Shown in pieces: positions 7,905 to 15,023 of a stretch of 32,000 nucleotides of DNA. How positions within the stretch are numbered: position 1 is the first letter of the stretch; every line of letters begins with the position of its first letter. The notes beneath the pieces were generated by a model. The model was not told the origin of the DNA. It did not search any database and worked only from the letters and a program-made list of their open reading frames with translations. The stretch lies in the NCBI RefSeq assembly GCF_964030875.1, contig NZ_OZ034981.1:210001-242000 (forward strand), written 5' to 3'. The position numbers and the translations under genes are program-made. This stretch comes from Candidatus Saccharimonadota bacterium. GTDB lineage: Bacteria; Bacteroidota; Bacteroidia; Flavobacteriales; Blattabacteriaceae.

Positions 7905-9479
7905 TTATTTTAAATATTCCATTGGTAATTCAACTATACCATGGGGTTCTATTTTAACAATGCGAGTGCAAACCGTTTTAATTAATTCTTGATCTTTAGA
8001 AGTAATCAAAATAGTACCTTTAAAACTTTTTAAAGAATTGTTAAGCGAGGTTATAGACTCTAGATCTAAATGGTTGGTAGGTTCATAAAACATCAATACA
8101 TTAGCTTTAAGTAGCATCATTTTAGAAAACATGCAACGCATCTTCTCACCTCCTGAAAGAACATGGGTTTTTTTTAGCGTTTCATCTCCGCTGAAAAGCA
8201 TTTTTCCTAAAAATCCTCGGATATATTCCTCACAATTTTCTTCTTCCTTTTCTACATATTGTCGAAGCCAGTCAATAATATTCAGATTATTTTTAAAAAA
8301 TTCGTCGTAACTACTAGGAAGATATGCTTGTTTTGTGGTAATTCCCCATGAAAAATTTCCACTTTCAGGACGAAGTTTTCCTGCTATGGTTTTATAAAGA
8401 ATAGATGTAGCTTTGCTATTATCAGAGATCAGAGCAATTTTATCTCCACGATTTACCTTTACTGAAAGGTTTTGAAAAATAATATTCCCTTCAAAGGATT
8501 GAGAGAGATTTTTGATCTCTAATATTTTATTTCCAGCTTCACGTTCTTGTTCAAAAATTATAGCCGGATATTTTCTTGATGAAGGTTTAATTTCATTGAA
8601 ATTTAGTTTATCTAGCATTTTCTTTCGTGCAGTTGCTTGTCTAGCTTTAGCTACATTAGAACTGAATCTTTGGATAAATTCTTGTAATTCTTTACGTTTT
8701 TCTTCAGTTTTTTTATTATGTTGCATTTGTTGTTGAATAGCAAGCTGACTCGCTTGATACCAAAATGTATAATTTCCAGTAAATAACTGAATTTTTCCAA
8801 AATCCAAATCGCAAATATGAGTACATACTGAATCTAGAAAGTGACGATCATGAGAAACTACAATAACAGTATTTTCATAGTTAGACAAAAAATCTTCTAA
8901 CCAATTAATAGTATCTACATCTAGATCGTTAGTAGGTTCATCCAATATTAGAATATCAGGATGACCAAAAATAGCTTGAGCCAATAATACACGGACTTTA
9001 TCTTTCCCATTAAGATGTTTTACTTTTTTAATATGTTCTTCTTCTGTTACACCTAAGCTGGAGAGTAAATGAGCGGCATCTGATTCTGTGTTCCATCCTC
9101 CCATTTCCTCGTATAACAATCCTAATTCTCCTGCTTTAATTCCATCTTTTTCTGAAAAATTATCTTTCTTATAAAGAAAATCCATTTCCTGTTTAATGTC
9201 AGAAAGTTTTTTATTACCTCTTATCACTGTTTCTAGTACTGTGTAATTATCAAAAACGGAGTGGTCTTGTTTCAATACCGACAGACGTTTTCCAGGTTCA
9301 ATGTTAATTTTTCCTGAGGTGTAATCTTGTTCACCAGAAAGAATTTTTAAAAAAGTAGATTTTCCTGCACCATTTGCTCCTATAATTCCATAGCAATTTC
9401 CTTTAGTAAATTTAATATTTACCTCTTCAAAAAGGATTTTTTTTCCAAATTGTAAAGAAAGATTTGATACTGTAAGCAT
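7905..9479 (-). CDS. ABC-F family ATPase (YbiT-like, two ABC domains, no transmembrane domain)
   Basis: Intact 524-aa ORF. NBD1 has Walker A GANGAGKST, Walker B ILILDEPTNDLD and SHD. NBD2 has the signature LSGGEKMR, but its Walker A reads SDNSKATS, its Walker B reads LMFYEPTNHLD, and its switch reads SKD. Confidence 0.9.
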   Translation of the reverse strand: MLTVSNLSLQFGKKILFEEVNIKFTKGNCYGIIGANGAGKSTFLKILSGEQDYTSGKINIEPGKRLSVLKQDHSVFDNYTVLETVIRGNKKLSDIKQEMDFLYKKDNFSEKDGIKAGELGLLYEEMGGWNTESDAAHLLSSLGVTEEEHIKKVKHLNGKDKVRVLLAQAIFGHPDILILDEPTNDLDVDTINWLEDFLSNYENTVIVVSHDRHFLDSVCTHICDLDFGKIQLFTGNYTFWYQASQLAIQQQMQHNKKTEEKRKELQEFIQRFSSNVAKARQATARKKMLDKLNFNEIKPSSRKYPAIIFEQEREAGNKILEIKNLSQSFEGNIIFQNLSVKVNRGDKIALISDNSKATSILYKTIAGKLRPESGNFSWGITTKQAYLPSSYDEFFKNNLNIIDWLRQYVEKEEENCEEYIRGFLGKMLFSGDETLKKTHVLSGGEKMRCMFSKMMLLKANVLMFYEPTNHLDLESITSLNNSLKSFKGTILITSKDQELIKTVCTRIVKIEPHGIVELPMEYLK

Positions 9480-9510
9480 TACTAAACAAGGATTTTTTTT
9501 ATAAAAGCTG

Positions 9511-9596
9511 TTTACAAAGTGATTTACAAAGTGATTTACAAAGTGATTTACAAAGTGATTTACAAAGTGATTTACAAAGTGATTTACAAAGTGATT
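9511..9596. repeat. Perfect tandem repeat, 12-bp unit tttacaaagtga x7 plus 2 nt
   Basis: Units at 9511 through 9583. The array fills most of the 137-bp divergent spacer between the ABC-F start (9479, minus) and the smpB start (9617, plus). Confidence 0.97.
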
Positions 9597-9616
9597 GAAT
9601 CAAAATAAATTTTGTT

Positions 9617-10054
9617 ATGAAAACCAAAATTGAAAATAGAAAATCTCGTTTTGAATACGATATTTTAGATGAATATACGTCTGGAATACAGTTATTAGGA
9701 ACAGAAATAAAATCAATTAGACGGAATAATGTTTCTATTTCTGAGAGTTTCTGTAAAATGAAAAATAAAGAGCTTTACGTTATAAATATGTATATTTCAA
9801 AATACGAATGGGGAACGCATATTAATCATGATGTTAGAAGAGAGAGAAAGCTTCTCTTAAAGAGATCAGAGTTAAAAAAACTTGAACGTAAACTCAAGGA
9901 GTATAATTTAACTCTAATACCTAAAAGACTTTTTATAAACGATAAAGGACGTGCTAAGCTTAAAATTTTTTTAGCAAAAGGAAGAAAATATTATGATAAA
10001 CGCAATATTATCATGAAAAGAGAAATGGAGAGACGTAGAGATGATTTTTTTTAA
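9617..10054 (+). CDS. smpB: SsrA-binding protein SmpB
   Basis: 145 aa. NRKSRFEYDILDEYTSGIQLLGTEIKSIR and the basic C-terminal tail are typical of SmpB. Confidence 0.94.
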   Translation: MKTKIENRKSRFEYDILDEYTSGIQLLGTEIKSIRRNNVSISESFCKMKNKELYVINMYISKYEWGTHINHDVRRERKLLLKRSELKKLERKLKEYNLTLIPKRLFINDKGRAKLKIFLAKGRKYYDKRNIIMKREMERRRDDFF

Positions 10055-10065
10055 AATATTATAGA

Positions 10066-10200
10066 GGGAGATTTCATCCAGTAAAATTAAAGGGAGATTT
10101 CATCCAGTAAAATTAAAGGGAGATTTCATCCAGTAAAATTAAAGGGAGATTTCATCCAGTAAAATTAAAGGGAGATTTCATCCAGTAAAATTAAAGGGAT
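10066..10200. repeat. Perfect tandem repeat, 26-bp unit gggagatttcatccagtaaaattaaa x5 plus 5 nt
   Basis: Units at 10066, 10092, 10118, 10144 and 10170. The reverse complement encodes the tatC ..PLILLDEIS.. segment. Confidence 0.97.
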
Positions 10201-10563
10201 GGTAGCAATAAACATGCTTATTATATCTGAAGGAGTGATAGCATAATTAAAAAAGCGTGTTTTCAACAATTTTGTAGTAATTAGACCGATTTGGGTTAAA
10301 AAAAGTAGGATCTATTACTATAGAAATATAAAAATGTTTTCAGGTAAATAACTTAGACGAAAGCTCTTGCTAAATTGTATCCACAAAATAAAACTAAAGC
10401 AGACAATATAATTTCGTTCTTGTTACGAAAGTCCAGGACGTATCAAACTACAAATTTCATCAAAAATCTAAGGAAGAGCTAGGATGATTATAAAACTTCC
10501 CCATAAATAAGTATTAAATTGTCCTAAAAGTTTAGTGTTTTGTATCTGTAGATTCAGAGATCT

Positions 10564-10613
10564 AATCATTGGATTATTTTGATGGATCAAATCATTGGAT
10601 TATTTTGATGGAT
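10564..10613. repeat. Tandem duplication, period 26 bp (aatcattggattattttgatggat, 24 of 26 nt identical)
   Basis: 10564-10587 equals 10590-10613. On the minus strand it duplicates the tatC codons IHQNNPMI and introduces a stop. Confidence 0.9.
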
Positions 10614-10815
10614 AACCCGGACCATTTTATTGAATAGACGATAACTAATAAAATTAGCTGGAGCAAAACCCACAATGATGCTTAGTAAAGCTATAAAAAC
10701 AGGTTTTCGTAATTCTTCAAGATGTTCCATAAATGGCATCGTAAAATATTCCATGAGACGGTCAGTTGGGAGAATTATTTACTCCGTGGGCTTTATAATC
10801 TTGTAAAAAATGACA

Positions 10816-11084
10816 TTAAAAAGAGGAGATGAAAGCATCCTTATAAAAAATTTGTAAGTCTTCAATACCTTCACCTAATTGATCATTCCTCCTTTAAAAA
10901 CACGTGGATCAGTTTTTTAATCACTTATGTACGGCAGTATATACATAAATCTGCTGACGGCTGCTGCACGAAAAGTATCGTATGCTCCTCCTCACCCCAG
11001 GTCGGTAGAAACCGTCTGTATACACGATTAGGGTACATTACTTTTGTTTTTCCTGCTATAAACCGCTTTAGTTTTTTGTAACCC
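10816..11084 (-). pseudogene. ftsY: Signal-recognition-particle receptor FtsY, about 270-bp remnant
   Basis: Minus-strand fragments read GLQKTK (about 11084-11066), DTFRAAAV (10979-10956) and GEGIEDLQIFYKDAFISSF* (10875-10816). No P-loop GxxGxGKT remains. The DTFRAAA-to-GEGIEDL spacing is about 80 nt against roughly 500 nt in intact FtsY. The position after rpmB-rpmG-DUF4295 matches the usual Bacteroidota operon. Confidence 0.8.
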
Positions 11085-11086
11085 TC

Positions 11087-11236
11087 TCATTTCTTGTCAA
11101 AAAAATCATTTATTTTATTATCTGGAACTATTTTTTCTTCAAAAACATAAGTTCTTGATTTGATTGACTTAATCAGACGTATAACTTTTGTCATTTTTTT
11201 ATATACATTATTTTGTAACACAGTTTTTTTTGCCAT
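11087..11236 (-). CDS. Small conserved protein, DUF4295 family (49 aa)
   Basis: Hand translation: MAKKTVLQNNVYKKMTKVIRLIKSIKSRTYVFEEKIVPDNKINDFFDKK*. It starts 1 nt after the rpmG stop. It is below the 60-aa cut-off of the ORF track. The MAKK.. start, the K.K...Y.F core, and the position after rpmB-rpmG match the DUF4295 genes of Bacteroidota as I recall them. Confidence 0.75.
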   Translation of the reverse strand: MAKKTVLQNNVYKKMTKVIRLIKSIKSRTYVFEEKIVPDNKINDFFDKK

Positions 11237-11237
11237 T

Positions 11238-11420
11238 TTATTTAATTTCTTTATGAATAGTGTATTTTCTTAGAATAGAGTTATATTTTCTTAATTCTAT
11301 TCTATTAGGCGTATTTTTTTTATTTTTTGTACTAAAATAACGAGAGATCCCTTTTTTTCCACTTTTCTTATGTTCAGTACACTCCAGAATTATTTGGATT
11401 CTATTTCCTTTTTTTACCAT
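11238..11420 (-). CDS. rpmG: 50S ribosomal protein L33
   Basis: 60 aa: [21 protein letters not shown]...[34 protein letters not shown]. Confidence 0.95.
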   Translation of the reverse strand: MVKKGNRIQIILECTEHKKSGKKGISRYFSTKNKKNTPNRIELRKYNSILRKYTIHKEIK

Positions 11421-11423
11421 TTT

Positions 11424-11660
11424 TTATTTTATTAGTCTTTTTTTCCTCGAACGTTTAAGTGCCTCTTCAATTCCTATAGTATTCACCGTTCTAATTCCAG
11501 CTGCAGATATTTTTAACAAAATCCATCTATTTTCTTTAGGAAGAAAGAATCTTTTTTTTATAATATTAATATTAAAACGACGTTTAATTTTATTATTAGC
11601 ATGAGAAACTTTGTTCCCTATTAGAACTTTTTTACCGGTTATTTTACAAATTTTTGACAT
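11424..11660 (-). CDS. rpmB: 50S ribosomal protein L28
   Basis: 78 aa: MSKICKITGKKVLIGNKVSHANNKIKRRFNINI.. Confidence 0.95.
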   Translation of the reverse strand: MSKICKITGKKVLIGNKVSHANNKIKRRFNINIIKKRFFLPKENRWILLKISAAGIRTVNTIGIEEALKRSRKKRLIK

Positions 11661-11726
11661 TTTAAATCTTTTTTTTATTTCGGATTATTTAAATAACAGC
11701 TGCATAAGCTTTTTAATGAATAAATT

Positions 11727-11823
11727 CCATTATGCAATCCATTATGCAATCCATTATGCAATCCATTATGCAATCCATTATGCAATCCATTATGCAATCC
11801 ATTATGCAATCCATTATGCAATC
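11727..11823. repeat. Perfect tandem repeat, 12-bp unit ccattatgcaat x8 plus 1 nt
   Basis: Units at 11727 through 11811. It lies 67-163 nt upstream of the rpmB start (11660, minus) and before the yidC remnant. Track ORF 11611-11826 (HYAIHYAI...) is just its translation. Confidence 0.97.
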
Positions 11824-12710
11824 TAAAAAAATAGATTATTATTTACTTATAGTGACTATAATTTCAATATTAATAGTCTTTTTTTGTTTCAATGAAATTG
11901 GGTAGAAAAATATACAGTTATCAAATAAAAAAACTATTTGATTCTCTCCCAATAAATATGGGGAAACTATTTGAAGAAGAAAATGATATGATTAGTATAA
12001 AAATATCTAATCTTGGGGTGGGGGGAATATTAGTGAGATCTTTCTCAAGAAGTATAATACTTCTAACGATAAAATATTACGTTTAGTAAAGACGAAAAGT
12101 TTCACTTTTGGTATAAATATGATAACTCTTTCTGGTTTATAGTAATGATCCCCCTAATCTGCAAGAAACTCCCTATCAATACATCTTAACTATGAAAACA
12201 ATTTTTCATAACGTAGGGGAATTATTCATTCCCGAAAGAAAAATCATATTAGGCAAATTTGTCCATTACTAGTCGAGGTCTTTGTTCTTAATAATGCTAT
12301 TTTTTTTAATTGTAAACATAAATTAATTGGTTTGGAAAATAATTATACACAAATGTGTTATTCTTATGGAAAGAATAAAAGAATAAAAAAAGAAATTGTC
12401 TAGCTAATAAACAACAATTTTGTACTAAAAATCCTTTTAAAACAACGAAAATTCAATAAAAAATACTGACATCACCATTTGATATTAAATGGTGTTCTAT
12501 GTTTTCTCCATTAGTTTATAATGAACTTAATTGTAAGGCAAAGTGGGATTTTGTTCCATTAAAGTATAATCTTCTTAAGAAGTATGGTGATAATTTTGAA
12601 GATCTTATCCCATTTGGTTGGAGTATTTTGATCAAAAACAAAGTTTAATTATTATAGTAAAACTTATATTATTCCCCATTACTTATTGGCAATGTAAATT
12701 CATTGCTATA

Positions 12711-12785
12711 ATGAAAATTATACGTTATGATATAGAAGAACTGAATGAAAATTATACGTTATGATATAGAAGAACTGAATGAAAA
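12711..12785. repeat. Perfect 34-bp tandem duplication atgaaaattatacgttatgatatagaagaactga x2 plus 7 nt
   Basis: 12711-12744 equals 12745-12778, inside the yidC remnant. Confidence 0.95.
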
Positions 12786-12968
12786 ACTTAAATCTGCAGA
12801 TAAGCAACAAGCTACTATAGAATTTTATAAAAAAATCGTAATAAATCCAATGTCTGGATTTTTTATGCACTGTTTCAATTTTTTTAAAAAGATTATTAAT
12901 CTTCGAGGAAAATCATTTCTTTGGGCTTATGATTTAACTTATTACGATTCAGTATTTCATCTTCCTAT

Positions 12969-12998
12969 CCCTATTTATCCCTATTTATCCCTATTTAT
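12969..12998. repeat. Perfect tandem repeat, 10-bp unit ccctatttat x3
   Basis: Units at 12969, 12979 and 12989, inside the yidC remnant (IPIYPYLSLF region). Confidence 0.93.
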
Positions 12999-13181
12999 GG
13001 AAATCATGTTAGTTTATTTTATATTGTATACAAAGTTTAGTCATATAAATAATTACGTTCAAGTAAATAATAATAATATTTCATGCCCATAATAATGCTT
13101 TTATTTAATTATGCTTCCGTACTTTCATTATATTATATAAAATCTTTTGAATATTATGTTTATATATAAGGGAATAATATT

Positions 13182-15017
13182 ATGAATAAAAACAAATATT
13201 TTTTTTTTCTCTCAGGTTTCCTGATTATTTTGGGAATATTTCTTTTTCAATATTTGGTCTTTAAAAGACAACAGATTTCTCCAGATTTTTTTTTTAAAAT
13301 CCTTTCTGAAAAAAGAGTTCAGAAAATAATTATAACAAATCACTCTAAAGCCATCATATGGGTTTATAAAAAAAATATAAAAAATAAAAAATATCTTTTA
13401 TATACAGATTTTGATCATTATGAATTAACTATAAATAATTTTCCTTTTTTTTCTAAAAAGATTGAAGAATATAAATATCTCTATAAATTAAATCTCATTC
13501 TTCTTTTAAATAATCAAAAAGAATCTAATTTTAGCAAAACTGTCATTGAATCCGTATTCTTTTTTTTCCTCTTTGTAATATTCTGGGGATTCATATTATC
13601 TCGTATAAACGTAGGTTCTGGAAAACATATATTTAATATTGGAAAGTCTAAAGCTAAACTTTTTGACGAAAACGATAATGTTAAAATTACTTTCCAAGAC
13701 GTAGCTGGGTTGGAAGGAGCAAAGGAAGAAATCCAAGAAATTGTTGACTTTCTAAAAAATCCTAATAAATATACTAATTTAGGAGGGAAAATTCCTAAAG
13801 GTGCGCTTTTAGTTGGACCTCCAGGAACAGGGAAAACTCTTTTAGCTAAAGCTGTTGCCGGAGAAGCTCAAGTCCCGTTCTTTTCTCTTTCTGGATCTGA
13901 TTTCGTAGAAATGTTTGTTGGAGTAGGTGCTTCTCGCGTTAGAGATCTTTTTAAACAAGCTAAGGAAAAATCTCCTTCCATTATTTTTATTGATGAAATC
14001 GATGCGATAGGACGTTCTAGGGTAAAAAATAATATTAATGGAGCTAATGACGAACGTGAAAATACCCTTAATCAGCTACTTACAGAAATGGATGGTTTTG
14101 ATACCAATACTAATGTTATAGTGATGTCTGCCACCAATCGTTCAGAGATTCTTGATCAGGCACTTTTACGTCCTGGACGTTTTGATCGTACTCTTTTTAT
14201 AGATCTTCCAGAACTAAATGAAAGAAAAGAAATTTTTTTAGTACATATTAAAAAATTAAAAATTGCAAAAGATATAGATATTGAATTTTTATCTCGTCAA
14301 ACTTCTGGGTTTAGTGGTGCTGATATAGCGAATATATGTAATGAATCTGCTATTATAGCAGCTCGTCAAGAAAAATCAAAAATAGAATATCAAGATTTTT
14401 TAAGTGCTATAGATAGAATTATTGGAGGATTTGAAAAGAAAAATAAAGTAATAAAGTTAGCAGAAAAAGAAAGAATAGCTTATCATGAAGCAGGTCATGC
14501 TGCTATTAGTTGGTTAATTGAACATGCGGCTCCTCTTGTAAAAGTTACTATTGTTCCTAGGGGAAAATCTTTAGGAGCCGCTTGGTATCTTCCAGAAGAA
14601 CGTCAATTAACTACTTTTGAACAGATGCAAGATGAAATTTGTGCTTTATTAGGAGGACGGGCTGCTGAACAAGTAATATTTAAAACTATTTCTACAGGTG
14701 CTTTAAACGATTTAGAACGTGTTACTAAACAAGCACAATCTATGGTAACAATTTTTGGATTAAATAAACGTATTGGTAATATTTCTTATTATGACTCTAC
14801 AGTTAAAAACGAATCTGCTAAACCCTATAGTGAAAATACTGCCAGAATTATTGATGAAGAAATTTCTAAAATTATTGAAGAACAATATCAACGTGCATAT
14901 AAATTATTAGCTAATAATCGTGTAAAACTTAAAAAATTAGCTAAGAAATTACTTGATAAAGAAGTTATCTTTAAAGAAGATCTTGAGGAAATTTTTGGAA
15001 ACAGACCTTTTCCATAA
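13182..15017 (+). CDS. ftsH: ATP-dependent zinc metalloprotease FtsH
   Basis: 611 aa, with two N-terminal hydrophobic segments, AAA+ Walker [19 protein letters not shown], Walker [13 protein letters not shown], and the zinc site HEAGHA. Confidence 0.96.
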   Translation: MNKNKYFFFLSGFLIILGIFLFQYLVFKRQQISPDFFFKILSEKRVQKIIITNHSKAIIWVYKKNIKNKKYLLYTDFDHYELTINNFPFFSKKIEEYKYLYKLNLILLLNNQKESNFSKTVIESVFFFFLFVIFWGFILSRINVGSGKHIFNIGKSKAKLFDENDNVKITFQDVAGLEGAKEEIQEIVDFLKNPNKYTNLGGKIPKGALLVGPPGTGKTLLAKAVAGEAQVPFFSLSGSDFVEMFVGVGASRVRDLFKQAKEKSPSIIFIDEIDAIGRSRVKNNINGANDERENTLNQLLTEMDGFDTNTNVIVMSATNRSEILDQALLRPGRFDRTLFIDLPELNERKEIFLVHIKKLKIAKDIDIEFLSRQTSGFSGADIANICNESAIIAARQEKSKIEYQDFLSAIDRIIGGFEKKNKVIKLAEKERIAYHEAGHAAISWLIEHAAPLVKVTIVPRGKSLGAAWYLPEERQLTTFEQMQDEICALLGGRAAEQVIFKTISTGALNDLERVTKQAQSMVTIFGLNKRIGNISYYDSTVKNESAKPYSENTARIIDEEISKIIEEQYQRAYKLLANNRVKLKKLAKKLLDKEVIFKEDLEEIFGNRPFP

Positions 15018-15023
15018 AATATT

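Larger units (their letters stand above)
10060..10754 (-). pseudogene. tatC: Sec-independent (Tat) translocase subunit TatC, eroded
   Basis: The minus strand from ATG 10754 reads MEYFTMPFMEHLEELRKPVFIALLSIIVGF (TatC N-terminus), then ..IRPGLS*QERNYIV.., and ITPSDIISMFIATIPLILLDEIS (compare TPPDVISQ...PL..LYE). Stops and frameshifts break the frame, a 26-bp duplication lies at 10564-10613, and the C-terminal PLILLDEIS codons are expanded into the 10066-10200 array. Confidence 0.85.
11892..13092 (+). pseudogene. yidC: Membrane protein insertase YidC, eroded and truncated
   Basis: Fragments read NDMISIKISNLGVGGILVRSF (periplasmic domain start), IPFGWSILIKNKV* (about 12610-12648), and TIEFYKKIVINPMSGF...LRGKSFLWAYDLTYYDSVFHLPIPIYPYLSLF (ORF 12745-13092; compare YKK.GVNP..GC, LRG.SFLWA.DLS.YDS). 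The N-terminal TM and C-terminal TMs are missing, many stops interrupt it, and it carries 34-bp and 10-bp tandem expansions. Confidence 0.82.

Noticed and set aside
6661-11040. Gene remnants appearing GC-richer than intact genes. Hand counts on single 60-nt lines gave 45% at 6661, 43% at 10921 and 48% at 10981, against 15% at 11281 and 27841.
   Set aside because: A conserved intact gene line (fusA, 21361) also counts about 40%, and the yidC remnant is very AT-rich (about 18% at 12301). The pattern is therefore not consistent and needs a real sliding-window computation.
6924-11823. Tandem arrays as CRISPR arrays
   Set aside because: The units abut head-to-tail with no unique spacers. Unit lengths of 12-26 bp are too short, and no cas genes are present.
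11611-11826. 71-aa ORF ending in HYAIHYAIHYAI...
   Set aside because: It is only the translation of the 12-bp tandem array, and it overlaps the rpmB 5' end on the opposite strand.
12745-13092. 115-aa ORF as a small functional YidC-like insertase
   Set aside because: It covers only part of the conserved core, with an internal deletion in the first core helix. It lacks the downstream TM segments, begins in a 34-bp duplication, and its 3' part is shifted by a 10-bp x3 expansion.
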